Shown piece after piece: positions 1 to 13,430 of a stretch of 64,000 bases of DNA. The stretch lies in the NCBI RefSeq assembly GCF_009914755.1, contig NC_060927.1; one strand, 5' to 3'. Each line of letters begins with the position of its first letter. Positions within the stretch are counted from its first letter, which is position 1. The position numbers and the translations under genes are program-made. This DNA comes from the human T2T-CHM13v2.0 reference genome, Homo sapiens. The notes under the pieces were generated by a model. The model was given only the letters and a program-made list of their open reading frames with translations. It was not told the origin of the DNA and made no database searches.

Positions 1-1376
1 TCAGCCAAGCATGTGAGTAGCAATTAAGGAGATAACTAGGTATTTATAGAAGAATATAATTATCAATTTAAACTCAATTTGCTTTTTCAATGCCACTAAC
101 CATATTCGTGTGACATATGCTTTATAGTCACATGATTACATTTCTCAAACAAAATGATAAGCAAGACGTTCAGATAGTGGAAAGCATAATTAAAATTGAG
201 GCAGTCCCTTCACTGTATTTATGGCCAGCCATCCAAATCCAGCTAACCTGAAAAAATTTTTCATCCTAGCTATAGATACTTTTTCAATAGTGTTTGAATT
301 ATATGAAAAAAAAAACGGTATGTGGAAAAGGGGAATGCTCCAATACCTCTCCTCTGTCCTTTATTCCTTTAAAAAATATATTTAGTATAGAGGTGTTCAA
401 ATTACAACATATGTTTTTGACTTCAACATAGAAACTGTGCACACAGTGACTGTAATCTAGCTTGGGCAATGATGAGTTAGCATGGGTCAGAAATGTTAAG
501 AGAGATAAGCACCGTACATTTGTGGCAAGTTGTACATACTTTCTTAGCTAGAGGTTAGGAAAAGGCTGAATGACAAATAAAATGTTCAGGGATTCTGCGG
601 ACTATAACCTTCACATTCAGAAACTATTATGGCAGGCTTTCATATCCTGAGGGCTTGTTTTACTCAAGAAGAAGGTAGTGAGCAACAGATCAAAATTTGA
701 GTTCAGTTAATTAGGTGGCAAACATTTTACTAATTAGGGAACATATCTCAAGGGCAACAGATAGAGAAATGGTAATAAAACAAAAGTGATTTTTCTATGC
801 ATAATAGAAAATTCATCATTTAAGAAAAATACATTCTTAAGAAACTTGAAACCAAAAAATTGTGGGGCAGATGCAATAGCAATGTTTAAGAAATGAGTAG
901 ACTTTGTAAATAGCAAGGCCAAACATTGGCTCTTCTTCAAATGATGAGGAGTTAGTACATGGTACAAGTTGACAAGGTATAGAATAAGACAATTTTTTAA
1001 ATATGATTTTCTAACATAGTGAAGTCAAGAGAGGCAGTAGTGAAAAGTGCATAAATCTGAGAGTTAAAAATCCAGTGTGCCATTGTACTAAGCTGTGTTG
1101 CTAACTCATTCTGGGGATTCAGCCAGCAAATTTATCTTTTCAAGACCGATTCCTCCTCTATAGTATGAGATGACGGGATTAGATAACTTTTTTAACTTCA
1201 GGAATTATTTTCTTTATGGATGCTTGTTGTTGCACTAAAACAAAACATCATTTTCTCTAACCTGATGTTAAGTAAAATCACTCTTGAACTTAATAAATAA
1301 AAAGTACTTTTAAAGTTGAGTAATTATAAGATGGACTCAACATTTAATGTAATATAATCTTTAAAATTTATAGCAC

Positions 1377-1743
1377 TGTATTATTCCATGTTCATGCTGC
1401 TAATAAAGACATACCCATGACTGAGTAATTTACACAGGAAAAGGATTTGTCAGACTTACAGTTCCATGTGTCTGGGGAAGCCTCACAGTCATGGTGGAAG
1501 GCAAGGAGGAGCAAGTCACATTTTATGTGGATGGCAGAAGGCAAAGAGAGCCAAGCAAAAGGAGTTTCTCCTTATAAAATCATCAGATCTCATGAGACTT
1601 ATTCTCTACCACAAGAATAGTATGGGAGAAACCACCCCCATGATTCAATTATCTCCCACTGGGTCTCTCCCACAACATGTGGGAATTATGGGAGTACAAT
1701 TCATGATGAAATTTGGGTGGGGACACAGTGCCAAAACATATCA
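1377..1743 (-). mobile_element. THE1B-like 3' LTR
   Basis: Matches the recalled THE1 LTR consensus (e.g. GGCAAGGAGGAGCAAGTCAC and CATCAGATCTCATGAGACTT) and adjoins the polypurine tract. Confidence 0.95.
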
Positions 1744-3326
1744 TTCTTCCCCAGCCCCTCCCAAATCTCATGTCCTAACATCTCAAAACCAATCATGCCT
1801 TCCCAACAGTCCTCCAAAGTCTTAACTAATTTCAACATTAACTCAAAAGTCCACAGTCTAAAGTCTCAACTGAGACAAGGCAAGTCCTTTCCATCTATGA
1901 GCCTGCAAAACCAAAAGCAAGTTAGTTAGTTACTTCCTAGGTACAATGTGGGTACAGGCATTGGGTAAAAACAGTCATTCTAAATGGGAGAAATTGGCCA
2001 AAATAAAGAAGCTACAGGCCCCATGCAAGTCCAAAATCAAGCAGGGCAGTCAAATCTTAAAGCTCCAAAATGATCTCCTTTGACTCCATGTCTCAAATCC
2101 AGGTCACACTGATGCAAGAGGTGGGTCCCCATGGCCTTGGGCAGCTCCACTGCTGTGGCTTTGCAGAGTATAGCCTTCCTCCTGGCGGCTTTCGTGGGCT
2201 GCCATTGAATGTCTGTGGCTTTTCCAGGCAAACGGTGCAAGCTGTTGGAGGATCCACCATTCTGGGGTCTGGAGGATGTTGGGGGCTCTCCTCTCACAGT
2301 TCCACTAGGCAGTGCCCAGGTAGGGACTCCATGTGGGGATTCCAACCCCATATTTCCCTTCTGCACTGCCCTATCAGAGGTTCTCCATGAGGACCCCACC
2401 CCTGCAGCAAACTTCTGCCTGGGAATCTAGGCATTTCCATACAATCTCTGAAATCTAGGCAGAGGTTCCCAAACCTCGATTCTTGACTTCCGTGGACATG
2501 CAGGCTTAACACCACATGCAAGCTGCCAAGGCTTGTGGCTTGCACCCTGTGGAGGTGCAAGCTGCACCACGGCCCGAGCTGTACATTGGCCCCTTTCAGC
2601 CATGGCTGGAGTGGCTGGGAGGCACTCTACCAAGTCCCTAGGCTGCTTACAGCAAGCAGACCCTGGGCCTGGCCCAGAAAACCATTTTTCTCCTGGGCCT
2701 CTGGGCCTGTGATGGGAGGAGTTGCTGTAAAGACCTCTGACACTCCCTGGAGACATTTTTCCCATTGTCTTAGGGATTAACATTCAATTCCTCATTGCTT
2801 ATGCAAATTTTTCCAGCCACCTTGCTCAGAAAATGGAATTTTCTTCACATTGATGTTGTTGCAAATGTACTGAACTTTTATCCTCTGCTTCCCTTATAAA
2901 ACTGAATGCTTTTAACAGCACCCAAGCCATCTCTTGAATGCGTTGCTGCTTATAAATTTCTTCTACCAGATACTCCAAATCATTTGTCTCAAGTCCAAAG
3001 TTCCACAAATCTCTAGGCCACAGGCAAAATGCCTCTAGTTTCCCTGCTAAAACATAACAAAAGTCACCTTTGCTCCAGTTCCCAACAAGTCCCCATTATC
3101 CATCAGAGACCACCTCAGTCTGAATTTCATTGTCCATATCATTATCATCATTTTGGGCAAAGCCGTTCAACAAGTCTTTAGGGAGTTCCCAATTTTCCTG
3201 CATTTTCCTGTCTTCTTCTGAGCCCTCCAAACTGTTCCAACCTCTGCCTGTTACCCAGTTCCAAAGTTGCTTCCACATTTTCAGGTATCTTTTTAGCAGC
3301 ACCCCACTCTACTAGTAACAATTTAC

Positions 3327-3694
3327 TGTATTAGTCTGTTTTCATGCTACTGATAAAGACATACCCGAGACTGGGTAATTTATACAGGAAAAAAGGATTT
3401 ATTGGACTTATAGTTCCATGTGGCTGGGGAAGCCTCACAATCATGGTGGAAGGCAAGGAGGAGCAAGTCACATCTTATGTGGATGGCAGCAGGCAAAGAG
3501 AGCCAAGCAAAAGAGGTTTCTCCTTATAAAACCACCAGATCTCATGAGACTTATTCACTACCCCAGAACAGTATGGGAGACACTGCCCCCATCCTTCAAT
3601 TATCTCCCACCACATCCTTCCCGCAACACGAGGGAATTATGGGAGTACAACTCAAGATGAGATTTGGGTGGGGACATAGAGCCAAACCATATCA
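3327..3694 (-). mobile_element. THE1B-like 5' LTR
   Basis: Direct repeat of 1377-1743. On the minus strand it is followed by the THE1 internal start GTAAATTGTTACTAGTAGAGTGGGG. Confidence 0.95.
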
Positions 3695-4377
3695 GCACAG
3701 AACTACAGTATAAGATATTACTGATTAAAACAGCTCAGAAAACAAGCAAATTTTGTAAAAGATCACTGTCCTGTCCCCTTAAACTTTTAAATTTGGTTTA
3801 GCTCCTTACTCTTAACAACTGCTACAGATGGAAAGATGTGTTTTGTGCTTAAACTTTTAACAATCATAAAAGTGTAGGGCTAAAAGTAAATTACAAATAC
3901 ATTTACTTGGCATATCACATTTCTATATGTTATATTAAAGAACAGTTGGGCAATTGTACTATATTGGGAGATAAAAAGCTAAACATTAACTTTCTTTTAA
4001 ATTTCAGAGTTAGTCAAATATCTTTAAAAATACATTAATTGAAAAGTGACCAACTACTCATTATTAAAAGTATCTGACATTCAATTAATGACTAAAGAGT
4101 GTAACCTGAATAATTTTCTAAACAAAATTTACTTATAATATACTCTTTCATAACATGTTAAAATCATAACTACAAAGATTATTATTAATTTCAAATAATA
4201 AATATTTCATAGTTTATTTGAAGCTTAATTTATCATTTTGTATACAAAGTTTACAAATTCAAATTTACAAATATTTTCATAAATATTTTAATTGTTATAA
4301 GAATCTGTTTTATGTGCACCAGATAATAAACAGAGAAGCAGAAGTTATTTCATTACGGTTGAGAGACACCTTAATGA

Positions 4378-5035
4378 GGCAGTTTCACATCATTGTTAAG
4401 AGTTTATTCTCTGGAGTCAGATTGTTAGGTTTAACCTCAGCTTTAATATTTACTGTTATGTGACCTTAGATTATGTAACCTGTTTGCCACCATTTCTTCA
4501 AGATGATCATAATATATAGCTCTGTATTAGTTTGCTAGGGCTGTCATAGCAAAGTGGATGGCTTAGAACAACATTAATTTATTGTTGTGACAAATTTATT
4601 GGCATAGTTCTGGAGACTGGAAGATCAAAATCAAGGTGTCATGAAGGCCGTGCTTTCTCTGAAGGCACTGGAGAAGAATTTGTTCCTGGCCTCTCTTCTA
4701 GAGCTTCACCTTGTGTCAGCATAGCTCCAGTCTTCACCTGGTGTTCTTCCTGTGTGCATGTCTGTCTCCGAATTTCCCCTTTTATATAAGGACACTGGTC
4801 ATACATAGGGCTCACTGTATTCCAGTATGACCTCATCTTGAATAATTACAACTGTAATGACCTTATGTTAAAATAAGGTCACACTCTGAGGTACTGGGGA
4901 TTAGGACTTCAACCTGTGAAATTGAAAGGATAGTACAATTCAATCCATAACAAACAAATAGGAATTTTATAAAGTAGTTCTATGTAAATATATATATACT
5001 TAAATACAAGAACACTGTCTTGTGGTAAGCACCCA
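4378..5035 (+). mobile_element. MIR SINE split by the MLT1C-like LTR
   Basis: The MIR 5' half (GTTAAGAG...CTCTGGAGTCAGA...TGTGACCTT) lies at 4378-4520. A MIR-like 3' end (AGAACACTGTCTTGTGGTAAGCAC) follows 4952. Confidence 0.65.
4523..4952 (-). mobile_element. MLT1C-like solo MaLR LTR
   Basis: TGTATTAGTTTGCTAGGGCTG start, AAATCAAGGTGTC, CTGAGGTACTGGGGATTAGGACTTCAAC, and CAATTCAATCCATAACA end. Confidence 0.9.
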
Positions 5036-5821
5036 GCCATGAAAATATGAACAGACCTATGCTTTCCATAGAGAATCAGAAATGAAATTTTACTAAATCA
5101 AAGCAATGAAATGTAAGCCTAATTAAATATATTCTCGGAGGTATTCAACTATAACTGCTTACTTTCTTTGACATAAGGGAAGATATAATGAATCTAATAG
5201 AAGTGTATTTTATAATTTTCTATAATTTTATTAATGTTACTAAATAGCTTTGAATTGAGATGCTGCAAAATAATAGACAATATACAATTGAAGAAAGTTT
5301 ATTTATTCAGATAAAATTTGTTTAAAGAACATATGGAGAAGCATAAAATATCAATTAAATATATGATTAATTAAAAATAAAAATCAAATGGTATTTTAAA
5401 AAAACAGGATGTTTGCCTATTTATCAGTCCATTTCCCTATTTTTCCATCGATCTATTTTTCTACTTACCTATTCTTCTGTAGGCTATGTAATTAATATTC
5501 CATCTTTACTTCATGTCTGAAATTATGAAATTTTAATCTACTTCAAAATGTCACAGACTAATACAAAGAGTTATTTGTAAGAATGACAGTAACACTGTAG
5601 TTTTAGCTAATAAAATGTTGGAAACAAATTAAATACCCAAAACATAAGGCAGAAAAATATAGTTTATCCATACAGCATAAAATGTTGTCGAATTTTTTAA
5701 ACGGAACCCCAGGACAAAATTAAATACAAAAAACGATTCATTTTAAGGAAAGATGTAGAGTCATCTTTATAGTATAACATTAGGGGGAAATGAAGAAATT
5801 AGAGGAAATAAAGCACAGGTC

Positions 5822-5913
5822 TGCGTGTGTATGCATGTGCATGCATGTGTTTGCATGTGTGTGTGCGTGTGTGCATGCATGCATGTGTGCGTGCGTGCGT
5901 GAGTGCGTGTGTA
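5822..5913. repeat. Alternating purine-pyrimidine (TG/CG/CATG) simple repeat
   Basis: Read directly from the sequence. Confidence 0.95.
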
Positions 5914-6399
5914 TTAAATGAACCACATGCACATTTTTATCCAATACTTAATAAGACTTCTTTATTGACAGTGAAAATAGTAAGTCATTTTTATTTTCCC
6001 CGTGTTCTTTTTAAAAATATAACTGAAGAACTACTAAGTGCCACCCAGACTACCCACCTTAATATTGGGATTTGCAGGAGGATCATGAAATCTTTTACAG
6101 CCTTACATCATGTTTTCGTGTATAGCAATATGATTTGACATAGGTACATAATAATGTAAGTTAAACAAGCAATAAATATTCTATATCAACACTCACATAA
6201 CAGTAATATTAATTTCGGGAGATCTCAATCTTCCAAAATTTAGTACTCAGCCAAAAGCTTGTATCACAGATGGAAATCTCAGGAAATGTCCACATAACTT
6301 GTGTTAGTGAAACAAGCAGGCTTGTGCAAAATCTTACCTTTACAATCTAGAAATTATAAGTTTCTTCCCTAAAACTAATTAACAAAAATAACTTTGAGG

Positions 6400-6910
6400 A
6401 CCAAAAATTATCCCACTCACATATCTTTTCTATCAGAACTGTTGAATTTATCTTCATAATTCATTTCTATCATGTTTCTCTTAATCTCCATGAAAACTTA
6501 TCCTAATCTGCGTCATCATTATTTTTTATCTACACTACACATATTGTTGCCTTTGTATTTTGACTCTTATTCATGTACAGTTCCCTATACAAAAAGCAAT
6601 GAGAGTAATATTTTTAAAAACCTAAATCAAATCATGACTATTCCAGGATTTAAACTTATGCAATGCCTTCTGGCTACACAAGGAAGAATCAGGTTTCCTC
6701 TCATGTTCTATAGGGCCTTTATGAACTGGCCCTTATATTACACTTCCAACTTTTCAGTTTTACTAAAGCAATATTGGCTTCATCTCTGTGACTTAAAAGT
6801 TTTCTTCATTTAATTTCAACTTTGCTTAAAAACTTTTGTCCAGTTTTCATGTGCCTGGCTCAACTCATATCTCAGCTCAAATGTTAAATCTAGAAAGCAC
6901 TGTTCTTAAA
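6400..6910 (+). mobile_element. L2 LINE 3' fragment, highly diverged
   Basis: L2-like motifs TTTTTAAAAACCTAAATCAAATCATG, CAATGCCTTC and TCTCAGCTCAAATGTT. Confidence 0.6.
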
Positions 6911-9900
6911 ATCATATGGACTAGTAATTAATAAAACAATATATAATTAATAAAACAACATTGGCAATAGATGGAATTTATTGATCATTACTCTAGGAAC
7001 CCTTCATGTTCTATTTTAATTAAATCTCAGCACAACACTTTAGGTTACATTATATTGCACCATTTTACTGATGATGAAATTGAGATTTTATTCATTACTA
7101 ACCGCCAATTTCTATGGTACACTCTGCACACAAACCCATATTTGTATGAAGCCAAGCTTGTGTTGTATTAATGACTAGTGAATACTAATCACAGCTATAA
7201 GAAAGAAGACAGTTTGGCATTCTGTCATTTACAAAGATGGTATAAATTCTAAAAAACTGATATAGAATTTGCAAATTATAAAAATTTAGGGCATTTAAAT
7301 ATAGGAGTAAATAATTTTATAGACTTTAGCAGTTTTAAAGTTATTTTATATAAAAGAATACAATGACATCTATAATTATAATCCTTGAGCATCAAGAAAA
7401 TGTTTACATTAGGAAATTATTTCCATAAATAAGTGCAATCAGTTTTAGAAGAATGCCTATGTTATGACCAATACTAAATTTGGTGCTTAAAGGAAGTGCT
7501 TCGGACTCTTGATGGTTACTCTATTCCCCGATGACAAAAGGACTGATGAAACACTTGCCAATTCGCCATCTAATTTGCTTTCTTAAATGTGTTTTTCTCT
7601 AAAATGAATTGTTCACATATCATAGCTCAGATAATAGCATCTTGTTAGAAATGTGGATGTCAAAGAGAAAACCTATACCCAGACTTAGTGTTGGTAATTC
7701 AAAGTAAAGCAAGTAAAAAAGGCATACTTGTAATTAACATTCAATTCTATTTATTGTTTATAAAAGAATACATATCAAGATAACAATTTTTCTGAAATCT
7801 ATAGTAAAGATAGATAGCTAATTATAATTGATATAGAAATACAATTTTAAAGTACTAATCAACCCAACTGTAGAAAATATAGTGAAGGACATATTCTATG
7901 TTAGTGCAGTAACTACTTATTTCAACACTTTCCAAAAGACTATGCTTGCATTCCAGGAGGCAGAACTGATCTCACAATATGTATTTTAACTACACCAAGG
8001 GCCTTTAAAATTTGTAGCTAGAGTCATATTGACATAACTGGTTAACATTCCATAAACCTAACTCAACAATTTCATGAGAATATAAGGTAAGCGAGCAAGA
8101 ATTCATTTATATTTGTTTTCCTTCTGATAAAATTATATTAATTAATTTCAGAGCTTATTTTGTTATTCTTTAAAATATTAATTATTAAAGTATATTCATA
8201 TTTTATTTTGCAGTATTTGTAAGCCACTGTCAAAATATGACCCTGTCTAATGAATATAATTATTAGAAGGGAGATTTGGTTCTATTGCAATTTTAGTGTA
8301 ACTTTCCCACTAGACAAAATTATAGCTTTGGTTTTTCTGAAATATAGATTTATTTTATTTTTGTTATTGCCATTTGATAGTTTTGGGGAAAGCTACAAAG
8401 CTCTTCTTGCCAATTAGGTGCTGACAATGCAAAGACAGATCTAAACTAATTCAGATTTCTTCTGTTATTGGCACAGTTGAAACAGAAATATGCTAGGTTC
8501 TCAATTGAAAGAATAGGGTTTTATGAATATATTTATGACCAGAAATTTTACTGCCAATTTTATTTTCCCTTTATGCTTCTCCGAAACCTTATTGTAATAG
8601 TGTAATTGTGGCCTTTATTTAACTTTGTCACAGAATTGAAGCTTGTGACAATTATTCTAATCGTTTAAAATGGGAATTTTCCCTTTTTGTTGAAAAGCTC
8701 CATGGGAAAATCATGAAAAACAAATGAAGTTTTGAAAACTATTTCAGGAATGGGTTTTTAATGATAATGTCTGATGTCTATTTGAAGGTAGTAAATCAAC
8801 ATATCTACTCTGACTGTGAAAGTGGAAGGGAAAGAGCAGTGCAAGAGATACCCCCTATGGCACATGGTTCAGCTTCCACTTCCAGAGGACATAAGGGGCT
8901 CAAAGAATGAGGTTGTGCGTATAACACTATCAAAATGGAAAATAAAATGACTTCCCCTTCATGGCACATAATGCCATCCTTAGTGTTCTGAATGGGCAAT
9001 AGTTGGGTTATAAAACAAACTAAATTCTGAGAGGTCTAAACTAAAATTTTGCATTAAATAATCATGTATCAATCACATTTAAACATCTCAGATAGGTAAC
9101 AGAATTCAGTTACTTCTCGTAGACATTTCAAGGAAAACTATCAAATGATAGTCCACCCATTCAGAACTAGAGTACAGCTTTTTTCGCATTCATTTCTTTT
9201 TTATACCTGGAATTTAAGGAGGGAAATTTAGCTTCATAGTTCAATTTGATACATTTTATAATTAAAATTAATCAGTACCCCTTCTCACCATGATGGCAAG
9301 ATAAAGTCAATCAGAATATAGTTGTTGTCACAAAAGTGATTTACTGTGGAAAATCTGCAACATAGGTGTTACAGTGGCATATGCAAATTGCTTTAAACAT
9401 TACTGCATGATGTTGGCTATGTTTAGACAAAAAGTAGAATTTATTAAATGCAAAATCATTCATAGTTTTCTGTCAATGTCTTTGTTATCAATGTGTACTT
9501 TAGAAAAGAAGAAAGACCTAGTTTATTGTCAAGTGGCAGCTTTATTTTCTGAGGCAACTCACTTTACCTCTTCAAACTCAAACATCCTTGTTTATAAAAT
9601 GCAAGAGTTGTCTAGTTGCACTCTGTTCAGGTTGCTAAGGACTAAAAGACAAGTAAATCAGATTTTGCCTTTATAATGTTCATAGACTGGGGAATGGCAG
9701 AGACATAAACTAAAAATTGCAGTCCAGTATATAGTCTAAGCTAAAAAGAGTAAGCAAAGCGTCATGAGAGCAAAAAGGAAAAAGCCTTCTAACTCTGATG
9801 ATTTGCAAAAGAATGGACAGAGAGGAGCGCCAGTGCTTCCAAATTACAAAAAGTACTGGTGATATTTTCACCTCTAATGACAAATTTAATTGCAAATTGG

Positions 9901-10793
9901 CTACACATTACAAAACATATGAAATGAAAATTTGAAATAACTCTTTTCAGCAATGGTCATCTCAAATATACACTCTTCCTATTCTATATATGACTCTATT
10001 GCTATATCTTTACAGGTATAGTATATATCATAGTACTATTTATTGAAGATTTGTTTAGTTCTGTCTTAGTAAGTGGTTATTACGACAGGGAGAATTAAAC
10101 GACTATACAACTCGTTCATTGAAATAACTTCATTATTATGATAAAGTTATCAAGAATCATGGTTTTGTCAAGTACTTCAGTTTTTAAAACGATGTAGAAT
10201 TTATTCATACTTTACAATTTACAAACTGTCAAAAAGGGAATGAAAATTAAGCAAATTTTTTAAAATGGGCCTGATTTAAACTTGTAGAGAGGAAGTAAAA
10301 TGTGATCCAAATGGGAATTGTGATGTGAGACTGGCAACAATGCAGATGGATGTAGAAAAGCATGGATATTGTACTGGACCAACGACGCTCAAGGAATTAT
10401 AAGTGAATCTTTGAAAGCTAGGCATGATCTCCCAAAGAAATAATCTACCAAGCTATAATTAATCCAGGGCATATATTATAGTTCTAATTTAAAGTTATAA
10501 ACAAAACAAAAATATACAAACATATATCAAATATTTTATTTCATGGCCTCATTGACTCGATAGCTTCTATTAAAAGGTAGTTCTTCCTAGCATCACCAGC
10601 TTCAAAAACAAATTTGAATGTAAATAATTAATATTGTGGTAGGCCTTAGTTCGCTGTAGGAAAAAAATAGTAGAAAATATCAACATTGAGTGCTAGTGTA
10701 AGCAGTAGATTTTTAAAGTAACATTAATTTTTACCTGTTTGGAAATACTATAGACTATCATCCCAATGGCTATACTGTTAATCTGATACATAA

Positions 10794-11116
<323 letters not shown>

Positions 11117-11919
11117 TCTGATGTATATTTTAAGAGGTGCCTACTCCTGTCTAGATGGAAAAATGTTGTAAGTTAGACCCGAAGAACTAAGGATCTTCAT
11201 CGGGAATACATTGTTGAGAATGCAAGGGCAAGCATTCTCACTCTGATTAATTATTTTATCTCTTCATCCTCATTTAGTACTTCTCATTAAATGTGCTTTT
11301 AAAATAATATTTGATGAAACAATGAAAAGATTTCCTTGAGAATAATCCCTGAAGGATTCTATTTAACATGCAATGTGGTGTGCCACTGGGAACAGGGGCC
11401 GTATATATTTGGCAAAGGAAGTCACATAGGTCATAGGATCCCAAATAAAAGTCCAAAGACAGAAAGTGTTTTGCAATTGGTTGCAGAGGTAAAACAGCAG
11501 AAAGGACAGGTACTTCAGAAAATAGAGGAGTCTGCAAAGCAGCAATCAAGCCAGAATATGATAACCTCTTTCGGGGAGAGGGGTGGGTGTAAAAGTTGAG
11601 AAAGCACCCTTTAGTTCCAATCAAGGCAGAAGAACCTGCTAACAACTGCAGAATGGTATAATTTGACAAGTGTTTGGTGTCCTGCACAGATTTATTCAGC
11701 AGAACTTAGAAAAGAAAAACAGTAAATAGAAGAGCAGAGAATGGTGTGTACTGGTGCCATGATTTTAGGACTGATCATTGCAAATTAGAGACAGAGGGAT
11801 AAAACACTTTTTGAAATACACATACCAGAAAGTGCTTAATCCAGTCTGAGACCTGGAAGTAAATAACTCAAATAAGTATCAGTTTAATTCAAAATTAGGA
11901 CAATTAAATGTAAGCCAGG

Positions 11920-12279
<360 letters not shown>

Positions 12280-12329
12280 CTATCCTATAGGCCAGGCATT
12301 CTAATAATCTCTCTATCTCCATATTCATC

Positions 12330-12495
12330 CATATATTATACATATGTGACCATATGTGTATGCATGTGTATGTGCATATATATGCACACACAAATACACA
12401 TACAATGACAATTGACAAATGCAATAATTTTGTGACATGCACCCCCACACACACACATACACACTATACACACCAACTTCCATGTGTATGTGTTC
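12330..12495. repeat. (TA/CA/TG)n low-complexity region
   Basis: Read directly from the sequence. Confidence 0.8.
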
Positions 12496-12837
12496 ATGGT
12501 AGCTGTAGTTATTTAGGATCAGAGAACCCAAAATACATATTTAAATACAGTCAACTTTTTTCTCAGATTCTCAAAACTGAAAAAATATTTTCTCTCATCT
12601 CTTAGCTTCGTTGTCCCCTCTCATTTAGCAAACTTTGCTTGTCACTGTGATTTGCAATTGCCTATGTGCTTCTTCTATTTCTCATAGGAAACTGTACGTT
12701 CCTCAGGTATCACTTAATCTTATTCACCTCTGTATCCCACACTCCTTGCTTAGTTCTCTGGGGATCGTGGACTTTTGCAAATTATTCTTTTAGCCGAAGT
12801 TGTCCATAGTGTTGAAATACAAAAAGAACTTCCATGT

Positions 12838-13267
12838 TGTATTAGTTTCCTAGGACTGGCCATAATAAAGTACCACAAAATAGTTGACTTAAGACAACAG
12901 AAATGTATTATCCCTGGAGGCCAGAAGTCTGAAATCAAGGTGTCAGCAGGTCAGTGCTCCCTCTGAGGGTTCCAGGGACGAATTCTTCCTTGCCTCTTCC
13001 CGCTTCTGTTGGCCCAGACATTCCTTGGTTTGCGGCAGCATAACTCCAATCTCTGCTTCCATCTTCACATGCCTTCTTCTTCTTGTATCTGTTTCTTTCC
13101 TCTTAGAAAGACACCAGTTGTTGGATTTTATGCCCACCCTAAACCCAGGATGATTTAATCTCCAGATCCTTAACTAATTACATCTGCAAAGTCTTTATTT
13201 CCAAATAAGATTTCACTCTGAATTTCCAGGCAGATATAACTTTGGGGAGAACACTCGACCCACTATA
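12838..13267 (-). mobile_element. MLT1C-like solo MaLR LTR
   Basis: TGTATTAGTTTCCTAGGACTGGCCATAATAAAGTACCACAAA start and GAAATCAAGGTGTCAGCAGG. Approximate TSD CATGT/CCTGT. Confidence 0.92.
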
Positions 13268-13314
13268 CCTGTACATCAGACATTCCGATAAGACAGTCAG
13301 TAAGTGCATCAGCT

Positions 13315-13430
13315 TTTCATCCAATCAATATTTATTGAACTTACTATGAATTATGCAAAGGGAAATACCAGTGAACCAAATAGGTAAATTCAAGGTGTTC
13401 ACGTTTTTATTAGAGGAGGGGTAAGAATAG
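13315..13430 (-). mobile_element. L2 3' end fragment
   Basis: TTCATCCAATCAATATTTATTGAACTTACTATG resembles the L2 terminus. Confidence 0.55.

Larger units (their letters stand above)
1377..3694 (-). mobile_element. Complete THE1 (THE1B-like) ERVL-MaLR element: LTR-internal-LTR
   Basis: Two ~367-bp direct repeats (1377-1743 and 3327-3694) with TGTATT...ATATCA ends flank a ~1.6-kb THE1 internal region. A polypurine tract lies on the minus strand at 1744-1762. GCAC is duplicated at both flanks (1373-1376 and 3695-3698). Confidence 0.96.

Noticed and set aside
1466-3713. Cluster of 60-120 aa ORFs
   Set aside because: All lie within the THE1 LTRs or internal region. They are fragments of a decayed MaLR, not a gene.
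7530-7556. CTGATGA and GAAAC resembling a hammerhead ribozyme core or snoRNA boxes
   Set aside because: The motifs overlap with no stem II, and I find no flanking stems or proper C/D spacing.
11336-11599. 87-aa ORF with a Q/K/E-rich stretch
   Set aside because: It starts at TTG, has no recognisable homology, and has no convincing pair of splice sites.
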